The notes below the pieces were generated by a model that was not told the origin of the DNA, did no database searches, and saw only the letters and a list, made by a program, of their open reading frames with translations. The translations under genes were made by a program, and so were the position numbers. A stretch of DNA of 64,000 bases from Octopus bimaculoides. Its lineage: Eukaryota. Location: contig NC_068994.1 of NCBI RefSeq assembly GCF_001194135.2, forward strand, positions 38,324,290-38,388,289, in the 5' to 3' direction. This document shows positions 39,219-52,664 of this stretch, one piece after another (the first letter of the stretch is position 1; each line of letters starts with the position of its first letter).

Positions 39219-41583
39219 CAGTTGATGTCTTCTTAAAGTCAGATCATCCCATCTACCACCTGATATAGCTGAGTAGAGAAAAATTTTTCTGTACACCATT
39301 TCTTCTTCAGATTTCTTCAGATCTTTCTCCATTGTGTTCTGAACTTCAGGAGCAACACAAGTAGGATTGGACGTATATCTTGATTGCATATTTAATGTTA
39401 ATGTAGGTGAAACGTTGTGGAACATAGCTCTACTATTATAGTTGCTATCTGTCTGCTTCAGTCTATGAACTATACAGATTGATATAGAGATCACAATAAC
39501 AACTGATACTATCACAGCTGCTATAACAATAACAATCATCACATTCAATTGGAGACCATTACTTGATTCTGTTGTTGTCTTTGAAGGGGTCTTAAACATC
39601 TTTGTGTTGTTACTAACTGTTAGAGTCAAAGACAATGTTGTTGTTGATGAGAAAACTGGATTCCCACTGTCTTTCACACCTAATTCCAGTTCATAGAATC
39701 CAGCATCATTTTGGTAAAGTGAGCGAGCGAAAGATAAGACACCAGAGTGATGGTTCATTTGAAATAAGTGTTTCTCATTACCTCTGAGTATTTCATATGT
39801 GAGGAAGGCATTGTGTTGACTGTCTCTGTCAGAGGCCCTAACAACTGTGATATCATGGTCAGAGTGGGGATGGTAGTGGACATTAAGACTGAAAGGGTTA
39901 ACATTAGGGAAACTGAAATAGGGAGCATTATCATTTAAATCCATAACCTCAACAACAACATTTGCTGTGTTCTCCAGTGATGGTGTTCCTTTATCTTTTA
40001 CTANNNNNNNNNNGTGACTCAGTTGTGGAAATAAATCCCACATCAGATATCTGAAATGGTAGAATATATTTACCATTAGATAACAAAGAATAGGTTAATT
40101 GTCCTCCATCTCCAATATCTGGGTCTGTAGCATTGACATATCCAACAGGGAAGTCTTTGTGTTCATTTTCATAGGTGAGAAACTTAAATATGTCCTGAGT
40201 AAACTGAGGTTGTACGTCATTTATATCAGTAACCAGCATAGAAGATTCTTTCTCCACTGTCAATGGAGGTAAACCATTATCTTGACATTTAATGGTGAAA
40301 TTAAAGCTCTTCTCACTCTCTCTATCTATTTCACTCTTGACAACAACTTTGTATTTCTTTTCAGAAATTGAGATTAGCTGAAGGTATTTATTTTGTAAAT
40401 GACACTTCACTTGTCCATTTTCTCCACTGTCATTGTCAATAACTTCGACAAAAGCAACAAAGCTGTGAATTTGAATTGCTTCTGAAATGAGAACTGTGTT
40501 TCCAGTTGACTTGAAGAGAAATTTGACATCAATGTTTGGTGGATTATTACGATGTGTGACACCATTTACCTGAACAATGGCTGTTGAGGACATAGGTGTA
40601 TTACCACTATCTCTAGCTTCAACAAGCAATTTATAGAATTTTCCAAACTTGAATTCTTTCGTTATGTGCATTTCTCCTGTTATTCCATCTAAAGTAAAGC
40701 ATTGCTTAACTTTATTTTGTGTTTTAGCACTAAAAGCATAAGAAATTCTTCCATTTTCCCCTTCATCTATATCTGTTGCAGACAGTCTTACAATAGGCTT
40801 GTTCATTTGATGTGTGTCATTTACAGTTATATTATAAATATTCTGGATGAATACAGGGAAATTATCATTTTTATCTTCCACTAATATCTTTATATCTAGT
40901 ACGCCTTCCTTTGGTGGTGTTCCTTCATCTTTGGCAATTAACTGAATTCTATAGATGTCTTTTATCTCACGATCTAAGTTACTTTCTAAATTTAGTTGTA
41001 ATAAATTACTTCCATCTGTTTTATTAGAAACAAACAATTTGAAAGAAATACCTTCATACTCTACGAGTTGATAAGAGATTTTAGAATTCTGAATACTAAC
41101 ATCATTGTCAATTGCATTTGGAATTATTTCTTTTGTTCCAGCCAATGCATTTTCGTCAAATTGTATTTGAAATTCATTAATTGGAAACAATGGATAATTG
41201 TCATTGACATCTTCTATCATAACTTTGATTTCTAATATCCTGATGACAGAATGGCCATGTTGAATAGCTATTTCTAATATCCTGAAACATTCCACATTAT
41301 AATGACATAGAGTTTCTGCATCCAATATGGCAGCTGTATATAGTTGTCCTCCCTGTGTAACATTAAATAACTGAACACTTCTATCAGTACCACCCTGGTG
41401 TATTTTAAATGTCAGTTTGTTGTTGTCATCCTTCGTCTGTATATTATCCATTAAGTGTGTATCGGTGACAATATCTCCAATATAGCTGTGTGTATCATTA
41501 TTCTCTTTCACATAGTACATATGATCCACACACCAGTAGCTGTTAGCCATCAGCACCACAATCAACAAAATCATTGACAGCAT
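39219..41583 (-). CDS. Pcdh: Pcdh gene D large exon (EC1-EC6, TM; 10-N gap at 40004-40013 standing in for about 39 nt)
   Basis: ORF tracks 39991-41649 and 39189-40076 join across the gap in EC5 (TTES[LDREEKNMYEFKVL]VKDKG). ATG at 41583; acceptor gcttacag|GA at 41685; donor CTG|gtgagg at 39219. Confidence 0.93.
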
Positions 41584-42746
41584 GACTACAGTCTTCAATA
41601 ATGTTACCAAAAGGGATAGTAAGTGGATAACGATAATGAAATATATCAAACAAATGTTGCACCCTCAGTTTTCTTCTGTCACCTCCTGTAAGCATGTAAA
41701 TTTATATTTCATTAAGCAAGAGAAAATTATAATATTTGCAGCAATGATATAAATAGATTAATAATTCCATAAACATACTGATTTATATCAAAATCTCTGC
41801 ATTATCTTTCATCTGTCTGTCTCAATGCATTTTCATCAATATTATGTACTCTTTCACATATAACAATATTGTGTAATACTAGAAATATTAAGTAAATGCG
41901 TTTTATCATGAGTTAAATCTTTTTGCATTAGATTCTTCTACTCTTCAACAATTTTTGAACCATAATAATCTACAGGTCTGATATTATTAAACAGATGAGG
42001 AAAAAAATTTACATATGCAGGACTCATTTATTTCAAGTTGCCACCCATGAAAGTGGAAACTATACTCAAATTAATTCAACACATGTGATATATACTTGAA
42101 GTTTTGAGCTGTAAATGAAAACTGTACAGTGCATGTGAATTTACTAAATGGAGATCATATTGTTAAGTAGATCATCTTGAGTGAAATTCAAGACAGTCAC
42201 AACTTTTAAATAATATACTTATAAATGCCTTGCTGTTGACTGCAAAGCTTTTGTAGTTTGAATAATTATGAATTTGGCTTTTTAACAATCTGCTGAAAAT
42301 GTACTGTAGAAATCTTTAAATTATGTAGCCACAAAATTACCAAATTAAAAATGAAAACACAGTTATTTAAACTACATGGTTTGAATTACTGCCCTTCGAT
42401 ACCACCCAAGTGAAAAGAAAAAATATTTGTGATAAACTTCTAAGTCTTTGTAATTATCATATATTCATTCTAGTCACTTACAATTAACACTTTGATTGCA
42501 GTTAAAATTATTTTCTAATCAAAGATTAACCCTCTCACACAGATTCAAACTTTCATTAATTCTAGAATTCTCTGGAACACTAAAATGATAGATTCTAAAA
42601 TTTAGTGCAATTATACCTTCTCTATTATTTACTATTCTTGATAGTACAATTTACATTCCATGTACGACTTCTGGAAATCATTATGAAATACAAATATTAG
42701 AAAATAACTATTTTTAAATCTCACGAGAGATATTCAGCAATAATAC

Positions 42747-43094
42747 TTTGGAGTAAAGGTTGTTTACCAACATAACATGGCGGTCCTGGTTTAGGACAAA
42801 TGTTGCTGTAATTTAGCCCCAGGAGACATTGTCTCCAGCTGGCTATACGACACAATCTGTGTCCTTACATTTTTCGAACAAGGGAATCTAGCACCCCCAC
42901 TCAGCTCAAAACAATATCTGTGTATCGTGATTTTCGGGTTATTTTCCTTCACCAGCACAGCTGAAGCAAAATGTAAGGACACAGATCATGTTGTTTAGCT
43001 AGCTGGAGACAATTTCTCCTGGGGTTAAATTACGGCAACATTCATCCTAAACCAGGACAGCTGTGTTATGTTGGCAAACAGCCTTTACTCCAAA
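42747..43094. mobile_element. MITE with ~130-bp terminal inverted repeats
   Basis: TTTGGAGTAAAGGTTGTTTACCAACATAAC...GTGTCCTTACATTTT is mirrored by AAAATGTAAGGACAC...GTTATGTTGGCAAACAGCCTTTACTCCAAA. No clear TSD; superfamily not assigned. Confidence 0.85.
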
Positions 43095-43246
43095 TGCAAA
43101 TATGTTTGAAAAATTCTAATGATAGTAAGTAAACTATTGTATTACATCATTCCCTATGTAACAACAGATTTAACTTGTGAATAAATAAACCATTTTAGAA
43201 ATATACAAACGTTTACACATCAGAATAACTTTCAATAAATACTTAC

Positions 43247-43486
43247 CATGAGTTGTTTGTTGTTTGTACTGGTGTTACTGCACTATTTGTGTGTTCTGGT
43301 TACAAAGTTGTAGTAGCAGCAGCAGCAGTCCTGAATAGGTTGGTATGTGATAGTACTATATAGTCCTATGAAGTTGGTTGTTAGTACGTCATGTTTGTTG
43401 TAACCAATGACAAGCTGTCTATTTTTCCCATGCAAGGAAATGGAAATACAGCCTCTAGTTCTTGCAGTTAATAATGGTCTGACTCA
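43247..43486 (-). promoter_or_regulatory. Gene D promoter block and non-coding exon 1
   Basis: TGACTCA 43480-43486, ETS position altered to TGGAAAT (43441-43447), AACCAATGA (CCAAT 43404-43408) and donor CATG|gtaagt at 43247. Confidence 0.75.
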
Positions 43487-44499
43487 CAGACTAGTTCACT
43501 TTCTGTACATGCACATACATGTGTGTGTGTGTGTGTTAGAAGAATGTACACAAATGAATAAGGAAGAAAAGTTTAATATTCGGAATGGAGAGGATAGGCA
43601 ATAAATTCAATATGGAAAATATCATTTCTCAATAATTATACCATATTTAAAAAAAAAAAATCTGAGAAAACTGGCTTTAAAGACTAAGATGTTACCCAAT
43701 CTAAATCATTCTTTTTTTTTTTATAAAATGAGTATAGAATATATTCCTTTAAAAATAAAGTACATACGTAGTTTAAAGCAATAATATAAAATAGCTACAA
43801 AATTATGTCAAGAAACTTTTGGAAAATATGCAACAGTGGTTATCAATATGGGAATGTGGGAAACCCACTATTGCTCTTTTGAAATTAAAACTGCAATTTA
43901 ATAGATTTTGTCAGAATAAACAATAATAACGAAGAATTTCCTAATGAAAAGAACTAACTGGTACAAGTGCTAACTATTGCAGTCGAATATGGATTAAATC
44001 TCTGATTTCAAGAAAAACATTAACATTTAGTATTCAGGGAAAATGTTGAGTGAGAATATACAATATTGCAAGAATACGAGTGTAAGATTTGAGAAAATTA
44101 CAATTCAAGCAGTAGATATAGAGAAACATTAGAATATTGGACAAAATGTCTGCATAATTTAGTCAAGATTATTTCACACTGAGTTCGGATTGCAATGAGG
44201 TTATCTTTAACATAACATTGGTAGAAAAGATGAAATGCAAAATACAGATGAAAAAATATAGTTGACTTAACCTCTAGCAGACAATGGTAGGGGAAACAAT
44301 TCTAGAGTAAATGCAGAGTGCTAAAGGTTAATGTTCCTTTAAGACTATAACAGGAGATGAAGAAAATTAAATCTAATAGTCACACATCATCGATAAACGT
44401 TCGATTGTGAGGAAAAAGAACACTGCTATAACATTTTCCATAAAGTGAAGTTATTGCCTATGTTATGTAATAATGATTTATGTTCTTGAAATTATGCTG

Positions 44500-44825
44500 T
44501 TAGATGTTTGTTTCAGATTGAGAAGGTACCTGAAGTATTGAAGGTACCTTTGGTAGAGTTGTTACTTTAGGTACAGCTGGTAGAGGTGGTTTACAGTCTG
44601 AAGAAAAGTCACTTGTCATTGGTACAGTAGATGGTTGTTCACTTACGTCAGATGTAGTACCAGTTACTGTAAAAGGTATTTGGTCATGATCACAGGAAGT
44701 GTTAATATCAACGTTAGGCTGGTAATGATATCCATTGTGATTATCTCCGCTTGATCTGTTGAATGTGTTTGAAAAATTGGGATTTCTCCTATTCCATGTA
44801 CGGTCATATTGATAGCGGCACAGAT
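44500..44825 (-). CDS. Pcdh: Pcdh gene C terminal exon (phase 1): DLCRYQYDRTWNRRN...KPPLPAVPKVTTLPKVPSILQVPSQSETNI*
   Basis: tttctag|ATCTGTGC acceptor; 326 nt = 2 nt + 108 codons. Confidence 0.88.
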
Positions 44826-45179
44826 CTAGAAATATCCAGATGTGGATGAAGTTAAAACGCAAAAAGAAAAAACAATAACCCTTACATTTGTTTTATACAA
44901 AAAAATAATTAAACATTTATGTAGTACTTGTACTGCTAATCAAAGCATTGATATAATAACATACCATGAAGAAAGAATTACACTCCTGCAAATACCATAT
45001 TAAGATTTTTTCCTGGTTATAGTCAGATTCAGGAAAAAATTTTGGGAGTAAGATCAATTTGCAATAGACTGATGGAACTTTTCAGATAAAAGCCTTGATG
45101 ACAAAGGACAGAGATATTAAAACATTGCTGAAATCAAGAAGACCACCACAACACAATTGATATCCTAAAACAAGACTAC

Positions 45180-45890
45180 CACATAAAAAGCATTTGTGCT
45201 GGTCCCACGTAAAAAGCACTGGTGCTGGGGGCCACGTAAAAAGCACTTGGTACCACGTAAAAAGCACNNNNNNNNNNNNNNNNNNNNNNNNNNNNNNNNN
45301 NNNNNNNNNNNNNNNNNNNNNNNNNNNNNNNNNNNNNNNNNNNNNNNNNNNNNNNNNNNNNNNNNNNNNNNNNNNNNNNNNNNNNNNNNGCTGGTGCCCT
45401 GTAAAAAGCACTGGTGCTGGGGCCACGTAAAAAGCATTGGTGCTGAGGCCACTTAAAAAGCACTGGTGCTGGGGCCACGTAAAAAGCACTGGTGCTGGGG
45501 CCACGTAAAAAGCACTGGTGATGGGGACACGTAAAAAGCACTGGTGATGGGGACACGTAAAAAGCACTAGTGCTGGGACCACGTAAAAAGCACTGGTGAT
45601 GGGGCCACTTAAAAAAAAATTGGTGCCAGTACCATGTAAATATCCCCAGTACTAGTGCCATGTAAATAGCACCTGTGCTGGTGCCACAAAAAAAAGTACC
45701 TGTGCAAGTGTCATGTAAAAGTACCAATGCTACTACCATATAAAAAGTACCCAGCACACACTTTAAAGTGGATAGCATTAGAAAGGGCAGCCAGCCATAG
45801 AAACCAAACCGAAACACATGACTGGCCACTGGTGCAGTTCTCCAGCTCTAGCCAAACCATCCAACCCATGCCAGCATGGAAAACGTATGT
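45180..45890 (+). repeat. ~26-bp minisatellite (CACGTAAAAAGCACTGGTGCTGGGGC)n expanded inside an RTE-tail element
   Basis: At least 10 visible units plus an N-gap (45268-45389). The array continues into the RTE 3' tail (..CCATCCAACCCATGCCAGCATGGAAAA). Confidence 0.88.
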
Positions 45891-46051
45891 ATGTATAATC
45901 TGAAGCATGCTACAATGAAAAAAAGTGAACATAAAACAGACTGAAAGATATATACAAAGTTTTACATTATCATAAACACCTCGTTACATTTCAATACTCA
46001 ATTCAAATACTTCTTGCTTTTGAAGAAATTTTGGAGATTTTTTTTACTGAC

Positions 46052-46202
46052 CTGGCAGTTCCTCATAATGTCCAGCACTACCGACACTCCAACCATGACC
46101 ACTATCAGAGTGAGATGACAATGTTGACATTTCACTGAATTGGTCAGTATAGTTTAGTTCTCTATATCCTGGAGAGATGCTTTCTTCTCTTGGAATAAAC
46201 AT
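46052..46202 (-). CDS. Pcdh: Pcdh gene C exon 3 (151 nt, phase 0 to 1)
   Basis: ttttccag|ATGTTTATTCCAAGA acceptor and CCAG|gtcagt donor; encodes ..DSGHGWSVGSAGHYEELP. Confidence 0.88.
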
Positions 46203-46412
46203 CTGGAAAAATTTATTACATAGTGCAGTATACAGTTACAATAATAAGAAAGATTCTAATAATCTATGGTGTTTCATGTTTTGTAATAGAATATTTTAAG
46301 ATATGAAATTATGAAGAACATTCTGAAATACTTATTTCTTCAAGATAAACTATACACAAAAGCAGAATTTTCCCCAAAAGATTTCCAAACACATGAAAAT
46401 TAATGAACTCAC

Positions 46413-48636
46413 CTGTTGTTTTCTTGAAGTTAGATCATCCCATCTATCAGCTGACATAGTTCTGCAGTGAATATCTTTCCTGTCTTCTATTGGTTGTTGA
46501 GATTTCTTCAGATTTCTCTCCAATGTGTTCTGAACTTTAGGATGAACACATGTGGGATCAAAAATATATTTTGATTGTATATTTAATGTAGGTGTAACCT
46601 TGTGGTACATATCAACACTACTATTATAGTTGCTATCTGTTCGCTTCAAACCATGAACTATACAGATTGATATAGAGATCACTATAACAACTGATAGGAT
46701 CACAGCTGCTATAACAATAACAGTCATCACATTCAATTGGAGACCATTACTTGATTCTGTTGTTGTCTTTGAAGGGGTCTTAAATATCTTTGATGTGTTG
46801 TTACTAACTGTTAGAGTCAAAGACAACATTGTTGTTGATGACAGAACTGGATTACCACTATCTTTCACACTTAGTNNNNNNNNNNNNNNNNNNNNNNNNN
46901 NNNNNNNNNNNNNNNNNNNNNNNNNNNNNNNNNNNNNNNNNNNNNNNNNNNNNNNNNNNNNNNNNNNNNNNNNNNNNNNNNNNNNNNNNNNNNNNNNNNN
47001 NNNNNNNNNNNNNNNNNNNNNNNNNNNNNNNNNNNNNNNNNNNNNNNNNNNNNNNNNNNNNNNNNNNNNNNNNNNNNNNNNNNNNNNNNNNNNNNNNNNN
47101 NNNNNNTATCTGAAATGGTAGAATATCTTTTCCATTAGATAATAGAGAATAGGTTAATTGTCCTCCATCTCCAATATCTGGGTCTGTAGCATTGACATAT
47201 CCAACAGGGAAGTCTTTGTGTTCATTTTCATAGGTGAGAAACTTAAATGTGTCCTGACTAAACTGAGGCTGTACATCATTTATGTCAGTGACCATCATAG
47301 AAAACTGTTTCTCTACTTTCAATGGAGGTAAACCATTATCTTGACATTTAATTGTGAAATCAAATCTCTTCTCACTCTCTCTATCTATTTCACTCTTGAC
47401 AACAATTTTGTATTTCTTTACAGACAATGAGATTAGCTGAAGATATCTGTTTTGTAAATGACACTTCACTTGTCCATTTACTCCACCGTCATTGTCAGTA
47501 ACTTTGACATATGCAATAAAGTTGTGAATTTGAGTTCCTTCTGAAATGACTGCTGTGTTTCCAGTCAACTTTAAAATGAATTTGACATCAATGTCTGGTG
47601 GATTATTAAGAAGACTGACACCGTTTACAAGAACAGTGGCTGTTGAGGACCTTGGTGGATTACCATTATCTCTAGCTTCAACAAACAATTTATATATCCT
47701 TCCGAACTGAAATTCTTTCTTCAGAAACAAATATCCAGTTACTTCATCTAATCTGAAAAATTGTACAGCATATTTTGATATGATGGCATTGAAAAAATAA
47801 GATATTAATCCATTTTCTCCTTCATCTAAATCTGTAGCTGACAGCTTTGCAATAGGTTTGTTTAACTGGTGTGTGTCATTTACAGTGACATTAATAGTAT
47901 TTTGGGAGAACACAGGGAAATTATCATTAATATCTTTAATAATTATTTTTATGTGAAGTACACCTTCCTTTACAGGTGATCCTTTATCTCTGGCAATTAA
48001 CTGAATATTATACATGTCTTTTGTCTCACGATCTAAGACATTTTCTAGATTTAGTTGCAATAAATCAGAGCCATCCAAATTTTTAGAAACAAACAATTTA
48101 AAAGGAATATCTAAATCTTTGATCTGATAAGTGATTCTGGAATTCTTAATACTGACATCATTATCAATGGCATTTGGAATTATATATTTGGTTCCTATTA
48201 AATCATTTTCATCAAATTTTAAATGAAATTCCTTCTTTGGAAACTTAGGATAATTATCATTGACATCATCTATTACAACTTTGATTTCTATTATCTTGAG
48301 AAAGGAATGGTCATGTTGAACTGCTATTTCCAATATTCTGAAACATTCCACATTATATTGGCATAGAATCTCTGCATCCAATATAGCAGCAGTGTACAGT
48401 TGTCCTCCAGGTGTAACATTAAATAACTGAACAGCTCCATCAATACTACCTTGTAGTACATTAAATGTCAGTTTGTTACTTTTATCCTGAGACTGTATAT
48501 TATGCAGTAACTGTGTATCAGTGACAATATCTCCAATGTAGCTGTGTATATCCTTGTTCTCCTTCACATGGTAGATGTGATCCACACACCAGCAGTTGTC
48601 AGCCATCAACAATACCAACAAAACTATATATAACAT
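46413..48636 (-). CDS. Pcdh: Pcdh gene C large exon (EC1-EC6, TM; N-gap 46876-47106)
   Basis: Cadherin motifs throughout. gccATG at 48636; acceptor ttttcag|GA at 48724; donor CAG|gtgagt at 46413. Confidence 0.93.
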
Positions 48637-50888
48637 GGCTACAGTCTCCAAGGTAATATATATATGTAATGTTGATGGAAACTATCAAAGAATTGTGACT
48701 TCTTGAATTTTCTTCTGTTGTCTCCTGAAAACATGTAAAGACGTATAAACTTATTATGCATAAGAAAGGATGTAGTAATCAAGAAAATGCATATAATTTC
48801 CAACTGAAAGTAATGAGATATTGTATGATAGAATTACAAATTATGCCAAGTTGTCAAGGTGACAGAATCATTAGCACACCAGACAAAATAATTAGCAGCA
48901 TTTTGTCCATCTTTACATTCCAAATTCAAATTCTTCCATAGTCAACTTTGCCTTTCATCCTTTCAGGATTGATAAAATGCCCATTGAACAGTACAGCTGA
49001 TGTAATTGATTTACACCTTCCTCTATAATTGTTGACCTTGTGCCTAAATTTGAAATCAAATTACAAGTCATGCCAAAGACTCTACATATCATTGCATTCT
49101 CTCTCTCAATATGCATTTCCATCAACATATAGTGTGAACTCTTTCAACCAGTAGTTTAATACAATAGAATTTTATGATATTTCCCTTCCACACAAATAAG
49201 TTGTTTTTGGTGTGTAAAACTATTACATAAATGGTCTTGTCTCTTATTCTGTAACAACTATTTCTTAAAATTTCATCATTTCAGGAACAACTTCATCACT
49301 AAAACAAATGAAGGTAAGATATTTATATATGTTTGACTGGCTTACATCTGTTAAATTATCTTAGATTCTTATTAAGTAAGCTTTAAAAAAAGTCTACACT
49401 GACACTTAAAGAACCCTTTTCAAATATCTGTCAAAACTCCCTCCAGCTACAAACTGCCATAATATTTAAAAAGAAGACACATTGGAAAATATGTATATCA
49501 AAGTACAGTATAACACACAAAAAATAAAAATGTAATCATCATGGCCAAAACTGCCTTTCATCATTGATTTGTTCAATCAGAAACAACTTGGGATTAAAAG
49601 GCAGTTGTGACTCAAAGTATAATTAGCCTTTCCACTGAAATGATATTTCTAGAAATTCTCTGCAATTAATCTGATGGTACATGTATCTTTTCAAAATACT
49701 CTCATAAATATTTTATGATTAGCATTAAGTTTTGCAGTCTGAAGAACAACCAGCTGAGGTTTTTAGCAATCTGCTATAGAGAGAAGACCATAATCGTTGC
49801 TCTAACAGGCTAAAAGCTCAATATGCAACAGGGGTTGTATACTAGTGCCATACTTTACGAGTTTCACAACACTATTTATGCCAGGATAGCACAAAAGTAT
49901 CTTCTACTAAAATATCTGTTACTAAACGTACTTATTCTATGCCACAAGGCTATGAGTCAAGTCACAACAATGAAGCTGCAACCTTTACAGTTAGACATTA
50001 TTGATAATTTTTTAGATGTGATTCATAAACTTTTACTGAGATGAAAATTGAATAAATATTTTAACATTTTCTTCCATTACTAAAATGGACTCAACTCATT
50101 TAGACTTGCTTTTCTGATTCATGTTAAACCAACACACTGGATGGTTGAGATCAAGGATGTGATTTGGTTAAACACACCACATGAATCTTTTTATCATACA
50201 CTTGTTTCAGTTATTAGACAGTGGCCATGCTGGGGCACTAGCCTGATAATATATTCTCTATTTACAACCTTAGTACTCCCCAATCGTTTTATTCCAAAAG
50301 TTATTAAATTACAGAACATTTAGAATGAGTCTCTGTTTCATAGATATTATTAGTTTTTAAGACTCATACTTACTGAGTTACATTTGGAAAAAAAATTTGA
50401 AAAATAAACACAACAAAATGAGTTATTCCCCTTTAATATTGACCTAAAAAAAAAAAGAGAGAACAAGCAATAATTGCCAAAATAGCCTGAGCTGAAGAGA
50501 TAATTTCCTTCATTACATCTACCTTCTAATTACAGATATTTAACCATTCTGTTATATTTAACACCATTCTCTCATTAACATTAGCCATTCCAATCATAGT
50601 AAAACCTCCAGTAATTCCAGAATTTACAGCAAGAGTAAAATTACAAATTTTAAAACTTAGTGAAATTATAGCTTTCCTAAAATTTACTATTCAAGATAGT
50701 CTTTGAGAAATACCATTTATATTCCAGATCTGATATATGGAAATCGTGATGAGGTACAAATATCTGAATAGAATAACATTCTATTATTACATCCTGTATG
50801 TACCAATAGAATGAACTTGTGAATAAATAAAACAGTTTAAAAACATACAAACGTTTACACAACAGAATAATTTCTAATAAGTACTTAC

Positions 50889-51125
50889 CAACAGTTTCAG
50901 CTGTTTATATAGCTGTTGCTATGCTGTTTCAGTGTTTTGGCAACAAAGTTATATTAGTAGCAGAAGTTTTGAGTAGTTTGGTATGTGATAGTGTTATGTA
51001 GTTCTATGAAGTTGGCTGTGTAGTATGTAATGTGTGTTGTAGCCAATGACAAGCTGTCTTTTATTCTAATGCAAGGAAACGGAAGTACAGCCTCCAGTTC
51101 TTGCAGTTAATGATGGGCTGACTCA
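50889..51125 (-). promoter_or_regulatory. Gene C promoter block and non-coding exon 1
   Basis: TGACTCA 51119-51125, CGGAAGT 51080-51086, CCAAT 51043-51047 and donor CTGTTG|gtaagt at 50889. Confidence 0.78.
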
Positions 51126-52183
51126 CAGACTGATTTACTTAAGCCACACACACTTACATATATATGTGTATGTGTGTTAGTACTTTCATAAATGAATAAA
51201 GAAGAAATGTCTAATGATTAGAATGAAGGGGACAGGCAATAAATTCAGTATGGAAAACATTTCTAAATAATGATGATATATACGAGTAAAATTATGGTAA
51301 ATATGTATAATATTTGTAACTTTATCATACAAATAGTACATAACTTTAAAAAAGTTATGATGAAAGCAAAGTAAAATTGATTAGTATAAAAATTATGTTA
51401 ATATAATAAAACTCCAGTGACATCACAGAGAAAAACTTTTTAGAAAATACGAAACTATGGCTATCAATAAACTAATAGTTGTTAGCTGGAAATCCGTATA
51501 GCAGAACATTAAAGGGAATGCAGAATGGGATAATGCGCATAAAGAATGATACTTGAAAGTTGCATAATCTCATTGGTGCATTTGTAAAATTAAATCAGCA
51601 GACTTCATTTTCAATTTGATAGATTTTCTCAGAATTAATAATGATATCCAAGAGTTTCATAAAGAACAGAAGAATAAGGAGTCTACTAACAGATATAACT
51701 GGTACAAGCTATTGCAGTAAAATAAACTCTAAATCTCAGATATTGTGACAAGACAGTAACAGTTAGGATTATTCGAAAATGTAAATTTATAGCATTATAA
51801 AATACAAATTAAAAGCTTCATGAGATTTACTATTTAAGAAATGGTTTAGCAAAGATATTAGAATGTTGAATAAAATGTTGCTGTATTTAGTTACAAACTA
51901 TTATGTACTGTGCCAAAATTTCTATAAGGTTAACTTTATTTTATCAATTCCAAATGAGATTAAATACAAGCCAAGCAATTGGGCTGATTTAATGTTCTAT
52001 TAAATCTAAAAACAGAAACTGAAAACTAACAGAAACTAATGAATGAAACATTATCAATCAGTGTTTTACTATGACAAGAAATATTGCTGTATCATTAATA
52101 TTTTCTATTAATGTATTCCTTACTGGAAATGTATTGCCTGTCTTGAGTAAATAATGCTTTGTTATATTCCTGAAGTTAGACTA

Positions 52184-52509
52184 CTAAATGTTTGTTGCAG
52201 ATAGAGGAGGAGGAGGTACCTGGGATGATGAAGGTACCTTTGGTAGTGTTGTTATTTTGGGTACAGCTGGCAGAGATGGTTTACAGTCTGAAGTAAACTG
52301 ACTTTTCACTGGTACTGTAGAATGTTGTTCAGTTATGTTAGATGTAGTCCCAGTAATAGTCAAAGGTGTTTGGTCAATCGAACAGGAAGTGTTATCAACA
52401 TTGGGTCGATAGTGATATCCATATTCGTTATCTCCCCTTGATCTGTTGAGTGTATTTTGAAGTTGATTTCTTCTATTCCATGTATGGTCACTTTGATAAC
52501 GACACAGAT
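52184..52509 (-). CDS. Pcdh: Pcdh gene B terminal exon (phase 1): DLCRYQSDHTWNRRNQ...KPSLPAVPKITTLPKVPSSSQVPPPPLSATNI*
   Basis: acttttag|ATCTGTGT acceptor; 326 nt = 2 nt + 108 codons ending in TAG. Confidence 0.88.
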
Positions 52510-52664
52510 CTAAAAGTATCAAGATTTTACATAAATATACTTTGGAATCAACGATTAGCCTCATTAACATTTCTTTCATGCATAAAATTATTCTACATCT
52601 GTGTAGATTTGTTTGAAAGTTCGCCTCAATTTCTCTGTAAACCAGTGTTATCAATAAATTATCA

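Noticed and set aside
45082-45829. Repetitive ORFs and CRISPR-like appearance of the 26-bp array
   Set aside because: Contiguous units with no unique spacers, eukaryotic context, and derived from the RTE tail.
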